IMG/VR virus record: IMGVR_UViG_3300010885_031189
Span: 1 to 64,000 of that record
Strand: one strand, 5' to 3'
Length of the DNA stretch: 64,000 nt
DNA from: a virus
The first letter of the stretch is position 1. Every line of letters begins with the position of its first letter. The notes beneath the pieces were generated by a model. That model was not told the origin of the DNA and did no database searches. It saw nothing but the letters and a program-made list of their open reading frames with translations. The position numbers were made by a program, and so were the translations under genes. Shown in pieces: positions 8,822 to 17,966 of this stretch.

Positions 8822-8850
8822 TTGACTATTACTCGCGATTATAGTATAAT
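8822..8850 (+). promoter_or_regulatory. sigma70-type promoter
   Basis: TTGACT-N17-TATAAT. Confidence 0.8.
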
Positions 8851-8884
8851 CGTTCTTAACTTAACCAACTAAAAGGAAATAAAA

Positions 8885-9610
8885 ATGAAAAGTATCTTAC
8901 AAAACATTATCGCATATACCCATAATCTAGGATTTGTTAATCTAGTAAAAATAACAGGAACTGAAGATTCACTTATCCTATCTGCAAAAGCAGAAGATAG
9001 TAGTATACTTGTCACTGGTACGTTTAATGACCCATGTGCCGAGATAATGGGTGTTTTTGGTATGCCTAATTTATCGAAACTAAAGACGATCTTATCATTT
9101 GATGATTATGATGCAGATGCAAAGATTGAAATTATTAGGAAAGCTAGTGACAATAATCCTGAAAAAATTCACTTTGAAACAAAGGGTGGTGATTTCGTCA
9201 ATGATTATAGGCTTATGGCAACGAACTTTGTTGAAGAATTAATCAAGCCATTCCAATACAAAGGAAAAGGATGGGATGTTACATGTGAGCCTACTGCAGC
9301 TAGTATATTACGTCTAAAGAAACAAGCTCAAGCTAATAGTGAAGAAACTACTTTTAAAATTAAAGCAGAGGATAATAATCTAATGTTTTATTTTGGTGAT
9401 GCAGCAACTCATAGTGGATATTTTGTATTCGCAACTAATGTTGAGGGAACACTAACTAGGGATTGGCAATGGCCCATTAATCAAGTAATAAGTATCCTAA
9501 GTTTACCTGGTGACAAACTATTCAGGATCAATGATCAAGGTGCAGTAGAAATTGTTATTGATAGTGGACTCGCTGTCTATAGTTATTTTATCCCAGCACT
9601 AACTAAGTGA
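8885..9610 (+). CDS. gp45: Sliding clamp (gp45/PCNA-like)
   Basis: 241 aa, directly after the polymerase; FGMPNLSKLKTIL segment and C-terminal YSYFIPA resemble gp45/PCNA-fold clamps. Confidence 0.65.
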   Translation: MKSILQNIIAYTHNLGFVNLVKITGTEDSLILSAKAEDSSILVTGTFNDPCAEIMGVFGMPNLSKLKTILSFDDYDADAKIEIIRKASDNNPEKIHFETKGGDFVNDYRLMATNFVEELIKPFQYKGKGWDVTCEPTAASILRLKKQAQANSEETTFKIKAEDNNLMFYFGDAATHSGYFVFATNVEGTLTRDWQWPINQVISILSLPGDKLFRINDQGAVEIVIDSGLAVYSYFIPALTK

Positions 9611-11079
9611 GTAACAGAGCAATGGAACGAGTGAATTTATCTGCACAACAACAATCTGATTGGGCATTGTTCTTACCCGCCATTAGCTCTTTTTACATTG
9701 CTGGCCTAGGCAAACAAATAAAGGGCGAACAATATTTTCCACAAGCCAGGATACCACAAGGTATTCCTGATCTTGAATCACTAAACTTCTTGAACAGTAC
9801 CAAAGGATTGTTTACTTATAAGTGGGGTCTGTATAGTGCAGGACATGCCAATATTGATCCCACTGATCCTGATAGTAGTGAAACTATTATCCGTGAAAGA
9901 GAAGCTGGAACTTTTATGTTAGGTGATAGTGGTGGGTTTCAGATTATGAAAGGACAATGGCCTGGTGATTGGAAAGATCCGTCATGTCCAAAAGCAATGA
10001 AGAAGCGTAAAGCTGTTCTTAAATGGATGGATACTTATATGGATTACGGCATGGTACTTGACGTACCTAGTCAAACCATTCGTAATCAACATTTGTATGA
10101 TAAACACGGTATCAAAACAATTGGTGATGCTGTTACTGCTACTCATATCAATAATGAATATTTCATTAATAACCGTAACGGCGAATGTAAATTTTTGAAT
10201 GTATTGCAGGGGCTTACTCATACACAAAGTGATGAATGGTATGCTGAAATGAAGGATTATTGTGATCCCATTAAGTATCCAGGGAAACACTTTAATGGTT
10301 GGGCGATGGGTGGTCAAAATAAAATTGACATCCATTTGTTTCTTAAACGATTAGTAAATATCATTCATGATGGATTGCTAGTACAGGGTAAGCATGATTG
10401 GATTCATTGCCTTGGTACAAGTATTCTAGAATATGCTGTTATCTTTAGTGATGTTCAACGAGCGATTCGCAAATACCACAATCCAGATGTTACTATCAGT
10501 TTTGATTGTGCTACTCCTTTCTTTGCTGTATCTAAAGGATTGATATACAATACTACTTTGATGGAACATAATAAAAAGTGGACATATACTGAAGAAAAGA
10601 CTGCTGAAAATAAGAAATATGCAACAGACCATCGTAAGTTTAAGGATGCTGTATTGACTGATGCTATTCATAAGGTATTTCATGATAGTCCAATTACTGA
10701 TAAGCTATTGATAAGTGATGTATGTTATCGTGGTGTAGGGTTCCTTGGTCAACATGGTAAAGAAACCAAAACAAGTTGGGATACATTGTCATACACTTTA
10801 ATTCAGGCACATAATGTATACAAACATATGTTGTCTGTGCAAGATGCTAATCGTAGATATGATAGTGGTATTATTCCTAAGATGTTAATAGATGGATCAT
10901 TTGACAATGTAAATTGTGCTGAATTGATAGATGAAATCTTCTCTATTAAGGACAGACAGAAAAGTTTAGACTTGGTTGATCGTCATAGTAGGTATTGGAT
11001 GCAAGTAAAAAGTGGACAAGGCTATAGCGGTAAAAAAGCAATGAACTCACTTACTATGTTTAATGCATTATTTGTATAA
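9607..11079 (+). CDS. dpdA: tRNA-guanine transglycosylase-like protein, probable DNA 7-deazaguanine transglycosylase
   Basis: TGT motifs LGDSGGFQ, VLDVP, VLQG, GWAMGG, IHCLG and SFD; clustered with folE/queD/queE. Confidence 0.8.
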   Translation: MSNRAMERVNLSAQQQSDWALFLPAISSFYIAGLGKQIKGEQYFPQARIPQGIPDLESLNFLNSTKGLFTYKWGLYSAGHANIDPTDPDSSETIIREREAGTFMLGDSGGFQIMKGQWPGDWKDPSCPKAMKKRKAVLKWMDTYMDYGMVLDVPSQTIRNQHLYDKHGIKTIGDAVTATHINNEYFINNRNGECKFLNVLQGLTHTQSDEWYAEMKDYCDPIKYPGKHFNGWAMGGQNKIDIHLFLKRLVNIIHDGLLVQGKHDWIHCLGTSILEYAVIFSDVQRAIRKYHNPDVTISFDCATPFFAVSKGLIYNTTLMEHNKKWTYTEEKTAENKKYATDHRKFKDAVLTDAIHKVFHDSPITDKLLISDVCYRGVGFLGQHGKETKTSWDTLSYTLIQAHNVYKHMLSVQDANRRYDSGIIPKMLIDGSFDNVNCAELIDEIFSIKDRQKSLDLVDRHSRYWMQVKSGQGYSGKKAMNSLTMFNALFV

Positions 11080-11082
11080 ATA
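11075..11082 (+). promoter_or_regulatory. Late promoter TATAAATA
   Basis: Exact T4 late consensus upstream of the collagen-like gene. Confidence 0.65.
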
Positions 11083-11104
11083 TAGTTAACGATGGAAGAT
11101 TAAA

Positions 11105-11686
11105 ATGGCAACTATAATAACAACAAAGGGAGCAACCGGAGCTACTGGTGTCCCTGGACCGAGGGGTGTGGCAGGATCTGTTGGACCTGCCGGAGTTGGA
11201 CTAAAGGGTTCCACTGGTGCTGGTGCTACTGGAGCCACTGGTATTCCAGGATCACCAGGTGGTGCTACTGGTGCAACAAGTATTATTCCTGGTGCTACTG
11301 GAGCCACTGGTATTCAGGGTATTACTGGTATTACTGGGGCCACTGGACTATTAGGTGCTACTGGTGTAATGACAGAAATGATATACGTCCTGGGTAATGC
11401 AGGATCAACATTTACACCAAATTATAGTCTGGGATCTATCCAATCATTGACTGCTAATATGAATTTTACATTATCAGTCCCAAGTAACATCCCAAATGGT
11501 GGGTCATTAACATTGATAATAACACAAGATGCTACCGGCTCCAGGCTAATGACAGCAAATACTGCATATAAGTTTGCAGGTGAAGGATTCAAGACGTTAA
11601 GTACCGCTGCAAATTCAATTGACATGATAAATATTTTTCGTGCTAGTTCAGCATATTATGTTACATTAACAACCGGGTACAAATAA
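11105..11686 (+). CDS. Collagen-like (Gly-X-Y) fibre protein
   Basis: GAT/GIT/GPA triplets over the N-terminal ~85 aa, followed by a beta domain similar to the C-terminus of ORF 3358. Confidence 0.8.
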   Translation: MATIITTKGATGATGVPGPRGVAGSVGPAGVGLKGSTGAGATGATGIPGSPGGATGATSIIPGATGATGIQGITGITGATGLLGATGVMTEMIYVLGNAGSTFTPNYSLGSIQSLTANMNFTLSVPSNIPNGGSLTLIITQDATGSRLMTANTAYKFAGEGFKTLSTAANSIDMINIFRASSAYYVTLTTGYK

Positions 11687-12357
11687 TGCCGATCGGTGCA
11701 ACTAGGCTAGGGTATCGTTTTCTGCCTATCCCACCAGCAGATGGAAGTGGTCCCCCGAGGCCACAATACTTTAATAGTAGTTTTGAAGCCGGATCAAATG
11801 GTTGGACCGTTATAAAAACTCGTATAATATTAAGTAGTACTACGATTTTAGGATATCCTGTTCCGGGCACTGAACCAACTCCTGTACAGACTATTACTAA
11901 GTCGAATGGTAGTGTTGCTGCATATTATTCTGCTATAGAAAAGATAGATGTAGCATCTTATGGTGGAACTAGTTGCTTAAAACTATTCAGTGACACGTTG
12001 TCCACAAGTGTTGCAGGCGCCACGGTGTATGGCCCAGCAGTATATTCAAATGTGGCAGTAATTGCTGAAGTAGGAGATTCAATAACATATGCATGGAAAG
12101 CAGTTTCCGGTGGAGATGCTTATAGATCGCTAGCTTATCTTATTGATAAGAGAAACGGCAGAATTATTACAATGTTTACTGCTGCTGGTCTTAGCGTAAA
12201 TGCTGCTACTGTTTGGCAAACACAAACCAGAATTTTTCAAGAAGGTGAGGCAGGCGAATATCACTTTGTATTTGTCAGTGGTTCACAAGATTCTACTAAT
12301 GGAAAAATACTTGGTGCTAGTCTGTTAATTGACAACGTTGCAATAATAAAAGCATAA
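11686..12357 (+). CDS. Putative carbohydrate-binding/jelly-roll virion protein
   Basis: NSSFEAG..GW start and LLIDNV end typical of CBM-like beta-sandwich domains; translationally coupled to the collagen gene. Confidence 0.5.
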   Translation: MPIGATRLGYRFLPIPPADGSGPPRPQYFNSSFEAGSNGWTVIKTRIILSSTTILGYPVPGTEPTPVQTITKSNGSVAAYYSAIEKIDVASYGGTSCLKLFSDTLSTSVAGATVYGPAVYSNVAVIAEVGDSITYAWKAVSGGDAYRSLAYLIDKRNGRIITMFTAAGLSVNAATVWQTQTRIFQEGEAGEYHFVFVSGSQDSTNGKILGASLLIDNVAIIKA

Positions 12358-12449
12358 CGAAAATCATTGGAACTAACGGTCACTCTTGTATATGATCTAC
12401 CTACTCATCAAGGATGGTTCGCTTAAAAACCAATAGGATGAGGTCACTC

Positions 12450-12478
12450 TTGACTTGTCATTAAATTTAGTGTATGAT
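12450..12478 (+). promoter_or_regulatory. sigma70-type promoter (likely leaderless transcript)
   Basis: TTGACT-N17-TATGAT with ATG 7 nt after the -10 box. Confidence 0.65.
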
Positions 12479-12484
12479 TGTGGC

Positions 12485-12964
12485 ATGACTACAATCTTAT
12501 CCCCAATGCAAACTAATTTTTTCATTGAATCATCTTCAAAAACTCTATTCGTCGTAGGAGTACATCCATCTTCTATAGTAAGAGAATGGGCCATTAGAAA
12601 AGATATCTCTATTATTTCTTTTGGCTATAACCATAGTTTTTGTACTCTAGGTGTCAATGACTCTGAAGGGTGGATTAAATGGGAAAATATGATATTGCCT
12701 CTTCTTCAAGAAGGATGGAAATGTTCACTAGAACTAGATGTAAAAGATGTTGAAGGTCTACATGAAAATGGTTTCTGTGAATTCAATAACTTTACTCCGA
12801 TCATTAGTGTAAAAATTCCTTATATTAGTTTACTCAACTACAATACTACTGTAAAAATTGATGAACTCGGTCAAACAAATCCTGGAATTTGGAGTCACCG
12901 ATTGCATTCACTGATGGATATTAAATCTTTCACAACTGAGCCTATCACACAAGAATTAGTATGA
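12485..12964 (+). CDS. Hypothetical protein in the DNA-modification cluster
   Basis: ORF track start TTG 12455 overlaps the promoter, so ATG 12485 is preferred. Confidence 0.6.
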   Translation: MTTILSPMQTNFFIESSSKTLFVVGVHPSSIVREWAIRKDISIISFGYNHSFCTLGVNDSEGWIKWENMILPLLQEGWKCSLELDVKDVEGLHENGFCEFNNFTPIISVKIPYISLLNYNTTVKIDELGQTNPGIWSHRLHSLMDIKSFTTEPITQELV

Positions 12965-13221
12965 TGTCAACTAGTTCTGTACAACTTACTATAAATGATT
13001 ATCAGTATTCAATTCTTAATGATTTGATTCAACAGGTTATCTTGGTAGGATTAATAGCAATAATAATAATGTTAATTATTATTGCAGTTTCAGTATGGGA
13101 AAATAATAAAAATAATGAACAATTGAAAAAAGTTATTGATGATCAATCCAATAAAATACAGGACCTAACTATCCAAATTTCAAAAATAAAACCTACTTCT
13201 GATCCATTCGGTAAAAAATAA
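12961..13221 (+). CDS. Small membrane protein with coiled-coil tail
   Basis: Hydrophobic run VILVGLIAIIIMLIIIAVSVW followed by heptad-like sequence. Confidence 0.6.
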   Translation: MMSTSSVQLTINDYQYSILNDLIQQVILVGLIAIIIMLIIIAVSVWENNKNNEQLKKVIDDQSNKIQDLTIQISKIKPTSDPFGKK

Positions 13222-13224
13222 CTA

Positions 13225-13253
13225 TTGACTATACTTGAATTTTCAAGTATAAT
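13225..13253 (+). promoter_or_regulatory. sigma70-type promoter with palindromic spacer
   Basis: TTGACT-N17-TATAAT; TATACTTGAA-TT-TTCAAGTATA at 13230-13251. Confidence 0.8.
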
Positions 13254-13280
13254 ATACTCTCTTCAACATTCAACCAAATT

Positions 13281-13739
13281 ATGATTCAAGACCAACGAGA
13301 ACAAGCATTAGCAGATCGTAGATCAGCTATTTCATTCAAAGCAAAACGCATGGTTTGGATTACTTTCCGCAAGGAAGGTATTCATTGCTATCCAGCAGCA
13401 GCAACTGATCCCGCCCTTAAAACAGGAGACGAATATGATGTTAGCTTTCTAGGGACTCCACATCGTCACATCTTTCATTTTAAAGTGGCAATCGAAGTGT
13501 TTCATAATGATCGTGATATTGAATTCATTCAATTCAAACGGTGGCTTGAGAATCTTTATTCACAAGGAACACTAGAATTGAATCACAAAAGTTGTGAAAT
13601 GATTAGCGATTCTCTATATGAGGTTATCGCTACTCGCTACCCGAAACGGGACATCAATATCACAGTCAGCGAAGACGGTGAAAACGGTGCAACTATCAGC
13701 TACAAAACACATCAACCAATTCAACAACTAGCTATCTAA
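13281..13739 (+). CDS. dpdL: QueD-paralogous T-fold protein, DpdL-like (putative CDG decarboxylase)
   Basis: LGTPHRHIF (LxxxHRHxF) replaces the QueD CxxxHGH motif; SCE and VSEDGEN T-fold motifs; a canonical queD is present separately. Confidence 0.6.
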   Translation: MIQDQREQALADRRSAISFKAKRMVWITFRKEGIHCYPAAATDPALKTGDEYDVSFLGTPHRHIFHFKVAIEVFHNDRDIEFIQFKRWLENLYSQGTLELNHKSCEMISDSLYEVIATRYPKRDINITVSEDGENGATISYKTHQPIQQLAI

Positions 13740-13762
13740 CATAGCATAATAAGGAAATAAAA

Positions 13763-14002
13763 ATGGCCCGCGATAATAAGAAGTACCTAGTTATGAAACC
13801 TGAAGTTTCACGCATTTTTGATGATCTAGTGCGATATCAAGAATTTTGCATTGAATATGGATTTGTCTATGATGAGGCCCATCTAGGCAATGAATATAGT
13901 CCATATGGTGACTATCTACGCAGTCAACAAGGCCGTCTACCCCGTGATAATTGGGGCTGGATGGTTCGTCAAGGTCGTAAGAACTTTAACCAAGAGCATT
14001 GA
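13763..14002 (+). CDS. Hypothetical protein
   Basis: 79 aa ORF with SD AAGGA. Confidence 0.65.
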   Translation: MARDNKKYLVMKPEVSRIFDDLVRYQEFCIEYGFVYDEAHLGNEYSPYGDYLRSQQGRLPRDNWGWMVRQGRKNFNQEH

Positions 14003-14006
14003 TTCA

Positions 14007-15182
14007 ATGCGTACCTTGTACCACATTGGGCTTGAATCTTATAAGGCCCGTTACACTTATCAACTTCAACAGTGGTATGAGGCTGTATTCAAACGCCGTA
14101 ATATTGATTACCATATCGTTGAAGGCGAAACACTAGATGATACTAAAGCTATTGTTACTGGGCAAGTATTAGATGCTCATGGGCGTAGCTATTACTCAAT
14201 GACTCAGCTTGCACAATTAGTCAAGCTAATGAAACAGGGGAAACTTAATAATGAAGATGTTATCCTTTTTGAAGACATGTTCACTCCAGGTATTGAGAGC
14301 GTACCTTACATTCTCAATCAAGTGGACCCTGTTCATCGTCCTAGGGTTTTTGTTCGTTGTCTTGCTCAATCCATTGATCCTGATGATTTCGTTCATGTTT
14401 GGGGTATGTCAACTTGGATGGGTCACTATGAAAAAATGGTTGACTCATGGGTAGATGGTGTTCTTGCTACCAATGAAGAAATGGTAATGCATATGAAAAT
14501 TGCTGGGTGGAAAGCACCATTGTATAACATCAGTGGGCTAGCATTCGGTAAGGCTGAAGTGCAATCACGGGTTGACTCTATCAAGCCATTCAATGAACGT
14601 AAAAAGCGAGTGGTATTCTCAGCCAGATGGGATCAGGAAAAGAATCCTGATTTCTACATGGACCTTAGTGATGCATGGTTTAATCGTCATCCTGAAAGTA
14701 CAGTTGAATTTGCAGTCTGTAGTGGTTCTACACTGAAATCAAATAATGATAGTTACATGGCTAGGACTCGTTCATATCAACAGCGAGGTCTATTAACAAT
14801 CCATGAGAATCTAGAAAAGAATGATTACTATAACATTGTTAATGACAGTCGCGTTGTGTTTAATTGCGCTTTACAAGATTGGGTCTCAAACACCGTCTCT
14901 GAAGCTGACGCATTGGGATGCAATGTTCTTTATCCTGCTTATAGGTCTTTCCCTGAAACTTTTGCCAATGATTATACTCGCTTGTATGTTCCTTGGAGTA
15001 TAGAAGATGCTCTTAATAAACTAGAACCACTATTGGATTCTCCTCATCCTAAATTAGGTGCAATTAGTAGTTATAATGATGGTACTATTGATCGCATTTG
15101 TGATATACTTGAGGGCAAGGGTGAATCTATGCTTAGAATGAGTACAGATTATCGTAAACATACAGTTGAAACAAAATACTAA
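14007..15182 (+). CDS. GT-B fold glycosyltransferase
   Basis: VVFSARWDQEKNPD and SNTVSEADALGCNVLYP...FPE motifs of GT4-like enzymes; ATG 14007 preferred over 13890. Confidence 0.8.
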   Translation: MRTLYHIGLESYKARYTYQLQQWYEAVFKRRNIDYHIVEGETLDDTKAIVTGQVLDAHGRSYYSMTQLAQLVKLMKQGKLNNEDVILFEDMFTPGIESVPYILNQVDPVHRPRVFVRCLAQSIDPDDFVHVWGMSTWMGHYEKMVDSWVDGVLATNEEMVMHMKIAGWKAPLYNISGLAFGKAEVQSRVDSIKPFNERKKRVVFSARWDQEKNPDFYMDLSDAWFNRHPESTVEFAVCSGSTLKSNNDSYMARTRSYQQRGLLTIHENLEKNDYYNIVNDSRVVFNCALQDWVSNTVSEADALGCNVLYPAYRSFPETFANDYTRLYVPWSIEDALNKLEPLLDSPHPKLGAISSYNDGTIDRICDILEGKGESMLRMSTDYRKHTVETKY

Positions 15183-15194
15183 AGAAAGAATATC

Positions 15195-15401
15195 ATGGCT
15201 AGTCAAGAAAAAATCAATACAAATTACTCTTTGTCTTTCGGTAGCAGAGAAGATTCAACTAATGATACTTTAATGGATGTATCTATTAGCTTTGATAATC
15301 CCAAGGACGATTCAGTTATCATTCATCGTCTTAATACTTGGCTTAAAGCTATTGGACGAACTAACATTGAAGTAATTCCAGTATCATTGCCCAAAGGATA
15401 A
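15195..15401 (+). CDS. Hypothetical protein
   Basis: 68 aa ORF filling the gap in the operon. Confidence 0.6.
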   Translation: MASQEKINTNYSLSFGSREDSTNDTLMDVSISFDNPKDDSVIIHRLNTWLKAIGRTNIEVIPVSLPKG

Positions 15402-15465
15402 ATAATATATATTGCTGCACAAAGGTGGCAATATATTAAAATTAAAACCATCACAAAGGAAGGTT
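15397..15465 (+). promoter_or_regulatory. Late promoter-like GATAAATA plus twin-hairpin folE leader
   Basis: GATAAATA at 15397-15404; hairpins at 15407-15436 and 15446-15465, both with loop ACAAAG. Confidence 0.55.
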
Positions 15466-15469
15466 ATCC

Positions 15470-16153
15470 ATGTCATTTAATAAAACAAAAACAAATCCTG
15501 AATTGGGACTACAAGTACACGAATATCTAGTTAAAATGGGAGTTGAGACTCCCACTAATCTTAATGGATTAAGTCGCACTGATAAGATTGAAATCATTGA
15601 AACTCATATGAAGAAAATCATGGAGACTCTAGGATTAGACTTATCTGATGATAGTTTAACAGAAACTCCAAAGCGTGTTGCTAAAATGTATGTCAATGAA
15701 ATATTTTGGGGGCTTGATTATGAATCATTCCCAAAATGTACAACAGTTGATAACAAGATGAAATACAACGAAATGGTTGTAGAACGAAATGTTAATGTTC
15801 AAAGCAATTGCGAACATCATTTTGTAATCATTGATGGTCTTGCTACAGTTGGATATGTTCCCAAAGATAAAGTATTGGGACTAAGTAAAATCAATAGAAT
15901 TGTAGAGTATTTTAGTAAGCGTCCTCAAATTCAAGAACGATTGACTGAACAGATTTTCCATACATTGCAATTCATTCTAGATACAGAAGATGTTGCGGTA
16001 ATGATTGATGCTCAACATTATTGTGTAAAATCGCGTGGGGTAGAGGATACAGGTAGTTCTACTGTTACTACACGATTGGGTGGTGGATTCAAAACTGACC
16101 TGGCCGCCCGTACTGAATTTTATCAAATAGCTAGACAAGGTTGTGCAAGATGA
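15470..16153 (+). CDS. folE: GTP cyclohydrolase I
   Basis: ETPKRVAKM, SNCEHHF, GLSKINRIV, RPQIQERLT and HYCVKSRGV motifs. Confidence 0.97.
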   Translation: MSFNKTKTNPELGLQVHEYLVKMGVETPTNLNGLSRTDKIEIIETHMKKIMETLGLDLSDDSLTETPKRVAKMYVNEIFWGLDYESFPKCTTVDNKMKYNEMVVERNVNVQSNCEHHFVIIDGLATVGYVPKDKVLGLSKINRIVEYFSKRPQIQERLTEQIFHTLQFILDTEDVAVMIDAQHYCVKSRGVEDTGSSTVTTRLGGGFKTDLAARTEFYQIARQGCAR

Positions 16154-16293
16154 TTAATATCATACTTATAATAATTATTATTGCAATTATCATCGCTATT
16201 ATTAGGTTGACTCCAGTGAGTAAAAAATCTATGTATTGCACTGGTAATTGTGAACAAGGTCGTAAATGTGACTGTAAGCAGGATACATTATGA
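16150..16293 (+). CDS. 47-aa membrane microprotein with Cys cluster (not in ORF track)
   Basis: MINIILIIIIIAIIIAIIRLTPVSKKSMYCTGNCEQGRKCDCKQDTL; ATGA overlaps with both folE and queD. Confidence 0.7.
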   Translation: MINIILIIIIIAIIIAIIRLTPVSKKSMYCTGNCEQGRKCDCKQDTL

Positions 16294-16766
16294 AATACCT
16301 ATCAACTAAAGAGTATTCAAACATTGCCCCAGTAGCATATCGTCAATGGCGGGCTGATAGTCATTGCAATAAAATTCACGGATATGCACTATCATTTAAG
16401 TTTGAATTTGAATGTGATGAACTTGATGTAAGAAACTGGGCAATGGACTATGGTGGTCTTAAACCACTCAAATCCTTCCTTAAAGAACATTTTGATCATG
16501 CGTTCCTGTTAGCTCAAGATGATCCTAACTATGCTGATATCAAAAGATTAGGTGATCTAGGATTAGCCAAAATAACTGAAGTTGAAAAGACGGGATGTGA
16601 AGGCTTGGCTGATTACCTTTACAAGTATGTAAATGGAATCTTTCTTCCTGACTATGGCAAATCAGAAGCTGATAGATTGTGGTGTTGCAAAGTAGAAGTA
16701 AGAGAAACTCCTAGCAATATGGCAATGCGGATGGGACATAGAGAAGACAACGAAGAGTTGTTTTAA
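16290..16766 (+). CDS. queD: 6-carboxy-5,6,7,8-tetrahydropterin synthase
   Basis: HCNKIHGY, MDYGGLK, FDH, GCE and VEVRET motifs. Confidence 0.9.
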   Translation: MKYLSTKEYSNIAPVAYRQWRADSHCNKIHGYALSFKFEFECDELDVRNWAMDYGGLKPLKSFLKEHFDHAFLLAQDDPNYADIKRLGDLGLAKITEVEKTGCEGLADYLYKYVNGIFLPDYGKSEADRLWCCKVEVRETPSNMAMRMGHREDNEELF

Positions 16767-16767
16767 C

Positions 16768-16796
16768 TTGCATTTACTATGTAATCATGATATAAT
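16768..16796 (+). promoter_or_regulatory. sigma70-type promoter
   Basis: TTGCAT-N17-TATAAT; -10 box flanked by a 9-bp inverted repeat. Confidence 0.7.
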
Positions 16797-16822
16797 ATGA
16801 TTACACCACCGTGAGGTACATA

Positions 16823-17095
16823 ATGAATAAACAAACCCAAGAAGTAATGTCAATTCTGGCAGAAGAATGTGCTGAAGTTATTCAAGCTATTTCTAAGTGC
16901 CAACGATTTGGCATTGACAATTTAAAGCCGGGTAAACCAAAAACTAACAGAGAACATCTTGAAGAAGAGATTGGTGATCTATTGGCTATGGTAGATATCC
17001 TACATGAACTAGACATTGTTTCATGGACTAACCTTGATGAGGCCAAAGAAGCTAAGATTGAAAAATTGAAGAAGTGGTCAACAATTTATGAGTAA
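16823..17095 (+). CDS. MazG-like nucleotide pyrophosphohydrolase
   Basis: EECAEV...EEEIGDLL (ExxE...ExxD) motif; ATG 16823 follows SD GAGGT. Confidence 0.8.
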   Translation: MNKQTQEVMSILAEECAEVIQAISKCQRFGIDNLKPGKPKTNREHLEEEIGDLLAMVDILHELDIVSWTNLDEAKEAKIEKLKKWSTIYE

Positions 17096-17954
17096 AATTA
17101 AAGTAAGCGAACTATTTTACAGTATCCAAGGAGAAGGCCGTTTCATGGGAGTGCCAAGTGTATTCCTAAGAACTTTTGGATGCAATTTCACTTGTGGTGG
17201 ATTTGGTATGCCTCGCGGTGAATTAAGTCAAGAGCGTATCAAAGTTGCCGCATTAGATGCCTTCGGTCCATACTCTAATTACAAAGAACTACCACTTGTG
17301 AGTACAGGTTGTGACAGTTATGCATCCTGGGATCCTGCATTCAAGCATCTTAGTCCTATGCTTGACACTAACACTATTGCTGATAGCATTTGTGAAATGT
17401 TGCCCTTCAAGGAGTGGCGTGATGAACATTTAGTTATCACGGGTGGAGAACCATTATTGGGGTGGCAACGGGCTTACCCAGATTTGATTGAGCATCCAAA
17501 GATGAGTGGGCTAAATGAAATTACATTTGAGACTAATGGAACTCAGCCGTTAACTGACGAATTTACCAAGTACCTACAGACATGGAATCAACGCCAATAT
17601 CCGCATGGTCCTGGTGGAGAAATTACATTTTCAGTCAGTCCTAAACTACCCTGTAGTGGTGAGAAATGGGAAGATGCTATCTGTACTGACATTGTACGCA
17701 GTTATGAAAATATTGGATATGCTTATCTAAAATTTGTAGTTGCTACTGAAGAAGATGCACAAGATGCCTTGAAGGCTACTGCTGAATATAGAGCTGCAGG
17801 GTTTAAAGGTCCTGTTTATCTAATGCCAGTTGGGGGTACGGAAAAAGTTTACGAGATGAACAATCGTAATGTAGCATTATTTGCGATTAAGCATGGACTG
17901 AGATACAGTGATAGACTTCAAGTCCCACTCTTCAAAAATGAATGGGGTACGTAA
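17088..17954 (+). CDS. queE: 7-carboxy-7-deazaguanine synthase (radical SAM)
   Basis: ELFYSIQGEG, FLRTFGCNFTC...GCDS, ITGGEPL, FETNGT and SVSPK motifs. Confidence 0.93.
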   Translation: MSKIKVSELFYSIQGEGRFMGVPSVFLRTFGCNFTCGGFGMPRGELSQERIKVAALDAFGPYSNYKELPLVSTGCDSYASWDPAFKHLSPMLDTNTIADSICEMLPFKEWRDEHLVITGGEPLLGWQRAYPDLIEHPKMSGLNEITFETNGTQPLTDEFTKYLQTWNQRQYPHGPGGEITFSVSPKLPCSGEKWEDAICTDIVRSYENIGYAYLKFVVATEEDAQDALKATAEYRAAGFKGPVYLMPVGGTEKVYEMNNRNVALFAIKHGLRYSDRLQVPLFKNEWGT

Positions 17955-17966
17955 TTTAGTCTCATC

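Noticed and set aside
9607-11079. TGT-like gene as a tRNA queuosine enzyme
   Set aside because: No C-terminal CxCxxC zinc site of bacterial Tgt is visible, queF/queA are absent, and the context next to the replisome favours a DNA-acting DpdA; not formally excluded.
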